Positions 1 to 8,070 of a stretch of 64,000 nucleotides of DNA are shown here, in pieces. This DNA comes from an uncultured virus (IMG/VR IMGVR_UViG_2724679352_000002) (lineage: Duplodnaviria; Heunggongvirae; Uroviricota; Caudoviricetes): the IMG/VR virus record IMGVR_UViG_2724679352_000002, positions 1 to 64,000 of that record; one strand, 5' to 3'. Every line of letters starts with the position of its first letter. The stretch's first letter is position 1. Both the position numbers and the translations under genes were made by a program. The notes beneath the pieces were generated by a model, which was not told where the DNA came from, made no database searches, and saw nothing but the letters and a program-made list of their open reading frames with translations.

Positions 1-1017
1 TCACTTCTTCTGATTACCTACAACTGGAACAATTTTTATTTTCCTGTCATACCGCGCCGTTTGCCCCATGTTTTTATGTCCTGATATTGCCTGCTTCTCA
101 CTGAGTGAACCCTCAAGATCAGAAACACCTTTAGCTTTCAGATCATGAAAGGTGAAATTAAAGTCCAATTCTGGGTAAGCCTCTTTTGCTGCTTCTCTGG
201 CTTTGCGCCAACGACTATTAAAGCCGTCGCGTGTATACCTCAGTCCTGTTCGTTGGCGGATGATGTATACACTGCTGATGCCCTGCTGTAAGGGCAGGGA
301 CTCTGCCAGTGCGATAGCGTCACGTAATCGCTGTGACCATTCCTTGATTTGTTTTGCCCCCGTCTTACCTTGCCTGATAAATATCCCTGACTCTCTAAAT
401 TGATCTTTGCGTAACGAAAGTACATCAGCTTGCCTCGCCAGACACAGATACGCTATTTCCATTGCTGCCCGAACAATGTCAGGTGCAACTTTATACAGAG
501 CTTTATATTCTTCATCTGTAATATAACGCTCCCTTGATTCCTCTTTAAATTGCTTAACTCCCTTACACGGATTACCTTTCACAAATCCCCGTTCGTATCC
601 CCACCTATAAGCGCGAGACATAAACGTTTTTTCCCTGTTTGCCTGTGTCCTGCTACTCAGTCCTCTCTTATCCATATATTTTCTGACATGTTCAGGTTTT
701 ATATTATCGGGGTGCATTGCACCGAAAACCGGTAATAACTTTGTTGCGTATTTTCGATAGTCTTTTTGTGTCTCGGTTGCCAGATCAATGAAATCAACGG
801 ATCGGAAAAAAGATTCAACTAATGTATTTAACGTTGATTTATCTTTTTTCTCATTAATGAACTTTTCATAATGAACCCAGACTTCTGCCTGTGTAGCGTC
901 AAGCGCACACAGCCTTATAGTACGTCCGTCTGGGTGCTTGAAGTTGTAAGCACTGGGGCCACGAAATACCCGAGAGGGCATCCAGTTATCGGCTGCGTTT
1001 TTGCGTTTACCGGCCAC
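1..1017 (-). CDS. int: Tyrosine integrase
   Basis: ARQADVL, FHDLKAK, SGHKN...TARY catalytic motifs. Confidence 0.95.
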   Translation of the reverse strand: MAGKRKNAADNWMPSRVFRGPSAYNFKHPDGRTIRLCALDATQAEVWVHYEKFINEKKDKSTLNTLVESFFRSVDFIDLATETQKDYRKYATKLLPVFGAMHPDNIKPEHVRKYMDKRGLSSRTQANREKTFMSRAYRWGYERGFVKGNPCKGVKQFKEESRERYITDEEYKALYKVAPDIVRAAMEIAYLCLARQADVLSLRKDQFRESGIFIRQGKTGAKQIKEWSQRLRDAIALAESLPLQQGISSVYIIRQRTGLRYTRDGFNSRWRKAREAAKEAYPELDFNFTFHDLKAKGVSDLEGSLSEKQAISGHKNMGQTARYDRKIKIVPVVGNQKK

Positions 1018-1243
1018 TATTCATGGCCTCAAAATTGGGTTCTTCTCTCTCCGACTGCACCTGCTTAACGCGTAAAGTGACTGGGTTCAAAAAATGGCCC
1101 CAAGTTGTTTTCGGGTGGCCGTCCGGGCGCTTAATAAAAAATATTCCTGCACGGCGTAAAGATTCACACTGTTTGGTTTTATAGTGATGACCGGTCAACT
1201 CAATCATCTCCTCTTTCGTGATTATGTCGTGGTCGTTTCTCAT
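1007..1243 (-). CDS. Excisionase-like protein (DUF4224 type)
   Basis: 78 aa, directly upstream of and overlapping int; 'ELTG...KQCESLRRAGIFFIKRPDGHP' pattern. Confidence 0.75.
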   Translation of the reverse strand: MRNDHDIITKEEMIELTGHHYKTKQCESLRRAGIFFIKRPDGHPKTTWGHFLNPVTLRVKQVQSEREEPNFEAMNSGR

Positions 1244-1406
1244 GGTCTTGCCCCTGTATCATTCGGGCGATTGCTCTGTCGGTTTCAGAACATGCCCGCT
1301 GTATATCTTGGTCGGTGAGTTGTTGTTTTCGTACACTTGCGGATAATTTGCCAATCTTAATATCGAAGTCGGTTAATAGGCGCTTGCCTGGTTGCCATTG
1401 TTGCAT
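1200..1406 (-). CDS. Hypothetical phage protein
   Basis: ORF track; co-oriented in early-left operon. Confidence 0.65.
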   Translation of the reverse strand: MQQWQPGKRLLTDFDIKIGKLSASVRKQQLTDQDIQRACSETDRAIARMIQGQDHEKRPRHNHERGDD

Positions 1407-1461
1407 TGTGGTTTTCCCTGGTGTTGGTTCACCACAATGCTAGCTGTGCAGGCTGATTATT

Positions 1462-1484
1462 TCTGATTAAGCAAAATCAATTTC
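1462..1484. promoter_or_regulatory. YdaT (CII-equivalent) operator, pI-like position
   Basis: CTGATT-N6-AATCAA; same TCTGATTA-N5-AATCAATTTC frame as 6507-6529. Confidence 0.7.
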
Positions 1485-1632
1485 TGTTTGGTACTTTTCT
1501 ACGTCTCCAGCACCCCACAGCCAAGCCGGTACCAAATGAAAATGCAGCTACAGCGCTGACCTCGGCCCCATAGATAAGAATTAAGGCTGTTCCTGCTGTG
1601 ATAAAGAACACGGCTAGTTGAGAACGGATCAT
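1477..1632 (-). CDS. 51-aa putative membrane protein (not in ORF track)
   Basis: MIRSQLAVFFITAGTALILIYGAEVSAVAAFSFGTGLAVGCWRRRKVPNRN; ATGA overlap with upstream ORF. Confidence 0.65.
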   Translation of the reverse strand: MIRSQLAVFFITAGTALILIYGAEVSAVAAFSFGTGLAVGCWRRRKVPNRN

Positions 1633-1802
1633 TGCTTGGCATCCTTTTCTGTGATTGGTTCCGGTGGGGTACTGCTAATCCGAACATCTACCGGGAAATC
1701 GTAGTGAACATCACAGCGGCGATCGGTGTGGATGGTTCCCGTTCTTCCGTCTGGGAGTGTTATATAAGCCAGTTCGTGCCGCTTTTGTGTCTTTCTTAGC
1801 AT
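1629..1802 (-). CDS. 57-aa CsrA/RsmA-like protein (not in ORF track)
   Basis: MLRKTQKRHELAYITLPDGRTGTIHTDRRCDVHYDFPVDVRISSTPP...; GAGG RBS; CsrA-like ML..T....E...I / P.DV.I pattern. Confidence 0.6.
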   Translation of the reverse strand: MLRKTQKRHELAYITLPDGRTGTIHTDRRCDVHYDFPVDVRISSTPPEPITEKDAKQ

Positions 1803-1847
1803 TGGTCTTGCCTCAATAATGCCCCGTTGGTCCGGGGCTAAATGAAA

Positions 1848-2348
1848 TTAGCGAACTTGCAGGCTACGGCTACCTATCTCAATATGCGCACCTTTTACAT
1901 CAACGCCATTTTCTATGGCCTCTTTGATGGCTTTTTTATCCGGCGCTACGATGGTTTGCACTGTTACAAGCTCACTTGGCAACAAATCCTCGTTATCGAT
2001 AACCACGCTGGCTACACCTTTACGAGCGGTGAATGTGTTATACGGCGTTTTCAATGTGTTCATATCAGCAGCCAGTAAACAGCTAAGCACATACTGCTTG
2101 ATCGACTTTGCCCGGTTCTCGAATGATCGCTTACGGTCGGCTAGCCGTTTAGCTTCTTCATCACAGGTCTTTGCTTGCCCCTCAAGATTGCGAACAAAGA
2201 CGTAGGTTGCATCCAGCTTATCCCCCAAAGCACCCTCTAAACCCTCTAGCGTGTCGGCGATCATTTCTGGCGTGAGTTCGTCTGAGGACTCAACTAACTG
2301 TTGCAGTTTGAAAAGGTCTGCGGCTAATGCGATTGCTGTGTTGCTCAT
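1848..2348 (-). CDS. Siphovirus Gp157 family protein
   Basis: DTLEGLEG...EEAKRLADRKRSFEN...PDKKAIKEAIENGVDVKGA. Confidence 0.9.
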   Translation of the reverse strand: MSNTAIALAADLFKLQQLVESSDELTPEMIADTLEGLEGALGDKLDATYVFVRNLEGQAKTCDEEAKRLADRKRSFENRAKSIKQYVLSCLLAADMNTLKTPYNTFTARKGVASVVIDNEDLLPSELVTVQTIVAPDKKAIKEAIENGVDVKGAHIEIGSRSLQVR

Positions 2349-4519
2349 GCTGTCGGCTCCTGTGCGGTAAGTTCGGCAACCCGTTTTTCAGTTAAGCGAT
2401 GTAAAGCAAGCAAGCGGGTTTTTAGGTAATTGGCGTGTTCGTGATCGGCTTTGGATTCAGCATCTTTGCGATGGACATCAACTTCGCGCGCAATAGTGCC
2501 GTATATTTTGCTCACTTCATTGGTAGTGACGGCATTCGAAATGGTATTACCGACTTTGGTTAACTTATCGTCCAGCTCTTTGCGCAGGCGAACTGTGTCA
2601 CCGGCTTTCTCACTGGCGTTCTTGATAGCAAACTCAGCGGCGTTATCAGTGCGGTATCCGATATCGTCAAAAAGACCGAGGAATACATCAGCAGAGAAAC
2701 CAAGTTGTGACAGTGCCTTTTTAGTCGCATCCGTTAGTGATTTTTTGGTGACTTCACTATCACAGGTGAGACCATTTTTGGTGTTGTAGATATATGGGGT
2801 GCAACCATATGCAGGGATTTCGCCACGCTCACCACGCAGGGTGTAGATTAAGCGTATTTTAATGACATGATTGATCTCAGTCAGATAGCCGCCAGAGCCA
2901 TTGGGAATAACTTCTTTGATATAATTCCCATCAGCACCTTTAATTGACCGCATGATCGGTGCGCCGTTATCAAAGCGCTCTTCTAAAACCTCTACCCGCC
3001 AGTTGATGCCTTGAGGCCCAAGCAATTTTGTCGCTTGCATAACCATATAGGTGCCGTTAATCGACGTGCCACCGCCGTTATTTGAGAATGCTTTGGTAAA
3101 GCGTTCATCGGTTCTTTGCACCGAGCGCCACAGGTTCATGTTGTCCTGCACATCTTGTGGTTGTGCGGAGATATCCTCTTCAATGATGACGGCTCGCTGC
3201 TGAAACTCATCAGTGCTAATTTCAGACGTACGCTGGATAGTTTCTGTGGGTTGCCCCGAGCCATCTTCAACAGATGCATAAACGCCGTAACCCAACTGAT
3301 CCAACGTCTCTTTAGCCTGTTGCGCGGCATTATCGGTGATAGGTTCCTGTGCAGTTTTTTCCTGTTCTGTTGCAGTGATTGGCGGTTTTGTTTCAGTTTC
3401 TGGCTCAGAATTGGCAACCAGCGCCAGTTTTGTTTCACTGTTTGCCGCCGGCGCTGGTTTATCACCGACCAGGCCGTCGATAGAGAACTTACCGTCACCC
3501 AAATTTTTAACGGCAGGCTGTGGCAGCCTGACGGCTAAACACTGTGAGATGAATTCTTTTCTTGCGGCGGCATCGGTCAGAAATATAGGTTTCTCTTTAC
3601 CTGCGCGGATCATCTCAAAGATAGTTTCACGCGGGATAGATAACGCATCGCTGCGAACACGCAATTCGGTAGACCATTTACGCCAGGCATCGTCATTACT
3701 ATCCATCAACTCTTTGGCTTGTTTCATTTCTGCGGAGTGGATTTCCCAGCAGTTAAAATTAGCGGGTACCAAGGCGAGGGCAACTTCGAGATCAAGCGTT
3801 TTATAGGTGTGGTCAAAGCCGCGTTTAATTGGCGCATCAGGGGAGGGGGTGTTTATACGGGTGACTTTTTTCGCCCCGGTTAACTCATCCCGCTTGGCGG
3901 GTTCATCAACCCATTTTTGGGCAAACTTCTGAACCTCAGGGAATTGAGGGATTTTAGGGAACTTCACATTAATGGCGTCGATCAGCTCTTTGACTGATTC
4001 CTGATACATTGCACCAATAGCGGGGATGCCAGCCAAAGCCGTTATAATTGAACGTAGCCCCGCATCACCCTCATCATCGTTAATCAGGTCATAGACCAGT
4101 GATAGTTCGTGTGTATCGATGTCATGCAAGTCATACATTAGGATCTTGCCAACTTTGACGTCAATGCCCAGCTTGGCGTAGTTCACTAAGCCAGAATCAT
4201 CACCTTGTTCGTCGTTATCATCCTCATCTTCTGCAGATGCCACGGTATTTGGCGTCCACACCTTACCGTCAAAAGTATTATCCTGGGCGAACTGTTCGTC
4301 GAACTCACCGACCACAGGGCGTGGTTGCCCGACTGAATCCTCACAGATTTTGGGGTCAGCAAAGTTATCACCAGCGGCGGGGTAGGCCTCCCACAATTTC
4401 GCGATGGCCAGTGCGGATGCCATTTTTTTATTTATGGCTTCCAGCGCTATAACCAGTTGTATAGCCCCATTTTTGAGAGCCGCTTTTTTCGGCTCGAATA
4501 AACAAATAAATACAGTCAT
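2345..4519 (-). CDS. Recombination protein: RecE-like N-terminal region + Rad52/Sak-like annealing domain
   Basis: C-terminal TSINGTY...LGPQGINW...KKSLTDATKKALSQLGFSADVFLG; adjacent to Gp157. Confidence 0.6.
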   Translation of the reverse strand: MTVFICLFEPKKAALKNGAIQLVIALEAINKKMASALAIAKLWEAYPAAGDNFADPKICEDSVGQPRPVVGEFDEQFAQDNTFDGKVWTPNTVASAEDEDDNDEQGDDSGLVNYAKLGIDVKVGKILMYDLHDIDTHELSLVYDLINDDEGDAGLRSIITALAGIPAIGAMYQESVKELIDAINVKFPKIPQFPEVQKFAQKWVDEPAKRDELTGAKKVTRINTPSPDAPIKRGFDHTYKTLDLEVALALVPANFNCWEIHSAEMKQAKELMDSNDDAWRKWSTELRVRSDALSIPRETIFEMIRAGKEKPIFLTDAAARKEFISQCLAVRLPQPAVKNLGDGKFSIDGLVGDKPAPAANSETKLALVANSEPETETKPPITATEQEKTAQEPITDNAAQQAKETLDQLGYGVYASVEDGSGQPTETIQRTSEISTDEFQQRAVIIEEDISAQPQDVQDNMNLWRSVQRTDERFTKAFSNNGGGTSINGTYMVMQATKLLGPQGINWRVEVLEERFDNGAPIMRSIKGADGNYIKEVIPNGSGGYLTEINHVIKIRLIYTLRGERGEIPAYGCTPYIYNTKNGLTCDSEVTKKSLTDATKKALSQLGFSADVFLGLFDDIGYRTDNAAEFAIKNASEKAGDTVRLRKELDDKLTKVGNTISNAVTTNEVSKIYGTIAREVDVHRKDAESKADHEHANYLKTRLLALHRLTEKRVAELTAQEPTA

Positions 4520-4583
4520 GTTGGTCTTGCCTCTGTTAATTACATTTTGGCTATCGTCAACGGCACTTCTTTACCGAACGATG

Positions 4584-4775
4584 CTATTTGTTTTCTTGGT
4601 CTCTTACTTTTTGCATGAATGCGCTGTCGTGGTTGGGTGGTGTAAGCATCTCGCCATTCCCCAGATAGTCAGGATTCATATATTGTTCGCGGTAGATATA
4701 TGTTTCTTCTTGGCAATTTGGACACCAACTACTGCCTCGCTTATTGGTGCCGCACATATCGCAATATTTACTCAT
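4584..4775 (-). CDS. Small Zn-finger protein
   Basis: CDMC...CPNC; MSKYCD start with GAGGAG RBS. Confidence 0.6.
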   Translation of the reverse strand: MSKYCDMCGTNKRGSSWCPNCQEETYIYREQYMNPDYLGNGEMLTPPNHDSAFMQKVRDQENK

Positions 4776-4825
4776 GATCTGCTCCTCAAATTTCAAACGG
4801 ATCTTGGTCTTTGATGTATGACTAA

Positions 4826-5161
4826 TTAAAAAGGAATTTCGGTATCGTCAGATACGCTCGATGGAGTGCTGTGCTCGATACAGAGCAACGCCTGAATCTG
4901 ATCATCAATTTGGGACAGTTTCCGATGCGACTCCGCCGCGATTTGTTCTTTTTGGCTGCGGAGTGAATCAACCTGTTTACTGATGATTTCAAATGGATCG
5001 GGTTCGTTGAAATCAATTGTAATTTCGCGGGTATCTAGCAATGTATACGCTGGCACAATCTGTGACATGTCACAGCTATGGATAACAAAACGGTTATCTT
5101 TAGAGCTTGGATGCGGATTAACATGAATATAAAGCGTTGTGGTTATCTGTAGTGCTGTCAT
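4826..5161 (-). CDS. Hypothetical early protein with acidic DDTEIPF tail
   Basis: AGGAG RBS before MTALQ; first gene downstream of pL. Confidence 0.75.
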   Translation of the reverse strand: MTALQITTTLYIHVNPHPSSKDNRFVIHSCDMSQIVPAYTLLDTREITIDFNEPDPFEIISKQVDSLRSQKEQIAAESHRKLSQIDDQIQALLCIEHSTPSSVSDDTEIPF

Positions 5162-5277
5162 AGCAACTCCTGATATACTGGTTATAAGATTGGTGGCGTA
5201 AGCCGTTGGTCTTGCCTCTGTTAACGGGTTGGTCCCCGTTAGCAATTCCCGGTTAACTTTGGTCGGTGACCCGGGGT

Positions 5278-5305
5278 AAAGAAGCCCACTTCGGTGGGTT
5301 TTTTT
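5278..5305. terminator. Bidirectional intrinsic terminator (tL-like)
   Basis: AAAGAAGCCCAC-TTCG-GTGGGTTTTTTT. Confidence 0.8.
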
Positions 5306-5452
5306 ACGTCTGTAAATTGGTGCCGTCTTTCCGGGCTGTCAGAACGTATTAAACCTAAATTGCGAATCATCCGGTGTTTCGTATGCCACCGGCAGCTACT
5401 TCGTGGGCGTCCTGCCTGTTCGCATCGGCTGCTGTGCCGTGTTGATGGGATG

Positions 5453-5506
5453 AATGTACCTATAGTTACCTTTTGTGTCAACAAGGAAATGTTCCAATAG
5501 TTACAT
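5453..5506 (-). promoter_or_regulatory. pL promoter with two OL operators
   Basis: TTGACA(5481-5476)-N17-TACATT; operators ATGTACCTATAGTTAC (5454) and ATGTTCCAATAGTTAC (5489). Confidence 0.85.
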
Positions 5507-5547
5507 GCAGGAGCATAAAAAAGCCCATCAGGGGGATGGGCTATTGA

Positions 5548-6210
5548 TTACAGGTCTTGGGTGACCTGTACAACTCTACCGAGAATACGGCAATTGCCGT
5601 TGATTTCGATGGGTTTGAAATTGGGATTTAGGGGCATTAGATATTTATTAGGGCCATCAACAACTAACTTTTTAATGGTGGCCTCGGAACTACCATCAAT
5701 GATGGCAACAACTATCTTGCCGTATAAATCATCAATAGAACCATAATTAGGCTCCACGATAACAGTTGAACCCTCGGGGATAGAGGGCGACCCGTTGGGG
5801 TTGGTCATTGACTCGCCCCGAACATCTAAACCAAATGCGTTTTCAGAAACCTTCACTGTGGTGTTACACCATCTAAGAACATCAGAAATACGGGCGGCGG
5901 AGTAGGTTTCTGTCCATGCACCGGCTTGCACAGATGAGATAACAGGTATGGCATTAGGTATAGCGACGAGGGGCTTAATCTTGGTGTCGTCAACCTGTCG
6001 TAAATCCCCGGTGCCATAGAGCAACCACTCTGGCGTGCATGAAAGTATTTGCGCCAGTCGGTGAAGATTTTCCCCATCTGGTTTGGTTATTCCTGACTCC
6101 CATTTTGTCACTGATACACGGCTCACCCCAATAGCTTTGGCTAATTGGACTTGCGTGAGATCTAGCTGCAGTCTGCGAAGTCGGATGCGGTCATTCATTT
6201 CAGTTTTCAT
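5548..6210 (-). CDS. cI: CI-like repressor (HTH + S24 peptidase)
   Basis: LTQVQLAKAIGVSRVSVTKWE HTH; VQAG cleavage site, GESM, ATIKK; start placed at MKTEMNDR. Confidence 0.95.
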   Translation of the reverse strand: MKTEMNDRIRLRRLQLDLTQVQLAKAIGVSRVSVTKWESGITKPDGENLHRLAQILSCTPEWLLYGTGDLRQVDDTKIKPLVAIPNAIPVISSVQAGAWTETYSAARISDVLRWCNTTVKVSENAFGLDVRGESMTNPNGSPSIPEGSTVIVEPNYGSIDDLYGKIVVAIIDGSSEATIKKLVVDGPNKYLMPLNPNFKPIEINGNCRILGRVVQVTQDL

Positions 6211-6275
6211 GTAACCAATGTTACGCCATAGTGAGGTGAAAAGTGTTTGCATTGTTATGTACCTTTTGTTACCTT
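6209..6275. promoter_or_regulatory. OR operators and pR
   Basis: ATGTAACCAATGTTAC (6209), ATGTACCTTTTGTTAC (6257); TTGCAT-N17-TACCTT. Confidence 0.75.
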
Positions 6276-6302
6276 TCATCCTGAGTTCAACAAGGAGTTC
6301 TT

Positions 6303-6488
6303 ATGAACAAGAAAGATGTCGTCAAGTTTTTTGGTGGCGTAGTGAATACCGCCACGGCCTTAGGCATAAAGCACCCAGCGGTTTGTCGTTGGGGGGCAAT
6401 TATCCCTGAGAAACAGGCAATGAAGATTGAACGCATTACTCATGGCGAACTGAAATATGACCCCGCTATGTATCAAAGTGCAGCTTAG
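6303..6488 (+). CDS. cro: Cro/YdaS-like repressor
   Basis: 61-aa HTH protein divergent from cI. Confidence 0.9.
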   Translation: MNKKDVVKFFGGVVNTATALGIKHPAVCRWGAIIPEKQAMKIERITHGELKYDPAMYQSAA

Positions 6489-6506
6489 TCAAATCCCACA
6501 CACAAA

Positions 6507-6529
6507 TCTGATTATCAATAATCAATTTC
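6507..6529. promoter_or_regulatory. YdaT operator, pRE-like position
   Basis: CTGATT-ATCAAT-AATCAA between cro and ydaT. Confidence 0.75.
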
Positions 6530-6548
6530 CTGCGACAGGAGACGCATC

Positions 6549-7013
6549 GTGGAACAAGAAATTAAAGCCCTTAAAGCCGAAGTTCAGGCGTGGGCGGCAG
6601 AACGGGGGCAGGAGCATGTAGCTATCGAGATCAGCAGAATGTTTTTCTTGCTCAATACCAACACCAGTTCAGTTCGTCTCACTCCCATTGAAAACGGGCA
6701 GGGCGGTGCTGATTGGAAATCTATCAACAACAACCGGCAGCAGTTATTTCGTTGGCTGCGCGGGGATTCAAAAGCATCAATGCGCAAGGTCTTAGAATTA
6801 TCACCGGTACTTAAAGCGGCGCTCCCGGCAGAACGGCGGGCTAGAGTGAATGGCGAGACCGTTAATTATTTGGTTTCGATTGCTAGCAGAGAGTTTGCCG
6901 CAGCAATTAGCGCGGTTCTATTAGATGGCTGTGACATGTCACAAAGAATATCGGGCGCTGTTGCGGCACTTCACGCAATCAGACCACAACACCACCGGCT
7001 GACCACCGTATAA
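6549..7013 (+). CDS. ydaT: YdaT family CII-equivalent regulator
   Basis: AWAAERGQEHVAIEI...NNNRQQLFRWLRGDS...ALPAERRAR. Confidence 0.8.
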   Translation: MEQEIKALKAEVQAWAAERGQEHVAIEISRMFFLLNTNTSSVRLTPIENGQGGADWKSINNNRQQLFRWLRGDSKASMRKVLELSPVLKAALPAERRARVNGETVNYLVSIASREFAAAISAVLLDGCDMSQRISGAVAALHAIRPQHHRLTTV

Positions 7014-7027
7014 CAGAGGCAAGACCA

Positions 7028-7252
7028 ATGCTTACATCTATCGACAAAATTACCTGGTGCAACGGATTCCGGCTGAACGGGCAACCGGCAAGCATAGCTG
7101 ACATAGAGCCAATTTTTGCAGGGCGTCAGGTCGCCGCATATAGCGTGTGGGAACAGTACGAGCAGAAGAAAGCAGACCTGCGCGGGATGAACCTATCAGC
7201 TGACGATTATCAGTCTGCTTGTCGGCAAATAGCGGAAGCGCTGGGGATATGA
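7028..7252 (+). CDS. Hypothetical phage protein
   Basis: ORF between ydaT and replication gene. Confidence 0.7.
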   Translation: MLTSIDKITWCNGFRLNGQPASIADIEPIFAGRQVAAYSVWEQYEQKKADLRGMNLSADDYQSACRQIAEALGI

Positions 7253-8070
7253 ATATGAATAGCGCCAAGCTGTTAATTAATGAACCTCCGTTGCAAGTAT
7301 TACCCTCGCTTGCAAAAGAAATTGGACTCAATGAAGCCATACTCGTTCAGCAAATTCATTATTGGCTATGTCGGTCAGATCACCGACACGAAAGCCGGAA
7401 GTGGTTTTATAAATCGGCTGCTGAATGGGCTGATGAATTGGGCTTTTGGTCTGATAGTACGATCAAACGCACACTGGCAAACCTGCTTGAAATGAAACTA
7501 ATTTCAGTTGGTCAGTTACATAAAATTTTGCTCAATGATCCCTATAACCGCACTAAGTGGTATTCGATAAATTATGACCAGTTGGAGTTGCTTAATTCTA
7601 CAAATGCATCTGGTCAAAATGACCAATTGGGAATAAGTCAGAATGACCAGATCCCATCTAGTCAGAATGACCAAATGTTACAAGAGAATACTACAGAGAA
7701 TACAACAGAGAGTAATACACCTAACGGTGTTGGTACGTCAGTGTCTGACGACACACAAATAATCGTTAATTCTGAACGGATGGAATACCAATCTGTGCTC
7801 GATGCATACCACAAGATTTTGCCTGAAATGCCCGAGGTGAAAATCCTGACTGATACCCGCAAAAAGACACTTCGTAACTTCTGGAAGAAATTCAAATTCA
7901 ATCAAGAACGCTGGGAGGCTTATTTGAAATATATCGGTATCCATTGTCGATGGATGCTGGAAGACCGTCCAAACGGTAGAGGTGGTTTCTGGAAAAGAAA
8001 AAATCTGGATTATCTGATGACAGAGCGGTGCTACGTTTCGGTCAAAGAGGAACGTGCAAATGACCAATGA
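7249..8070 (+). CDS. Phage replication initiator
   Basis: LLINEPPLQVLPSLA...IGLNEAI N-terminus; internal iterons. Confidence 0.85.
   Translation: MNMNSAKLLINEPPLQVLPSLAKEIGLNEAILVQQIHYWLCRSDHRHESRKWFYKSAAEWADELGFWSDSTIKRTLANLLEMKLISVGQLHKILLNDPYNRTKWYSINYDQLELLNSTNASGQNDQLGISQNDQIPSSQNDQMLQENTTENTTESNTPNGVGTSVSDDTQIIVNSERMEYQSVLDAYHKILPEMPEVKILTDTRKKTLRNFWKKFKFNQERWEAYLKYIGIHCRWMLEDRPNGRGGFWKRKNLDYLMTERCYVSVKEERANDQ
7613..7717 (+). repeat. Replication origin iterons
   Basis: GTCARAATGACCA x3 with 24-bp period (7613, 7637, 7661), followed by AGAGAATAC repeats. Confidence 0.8.
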
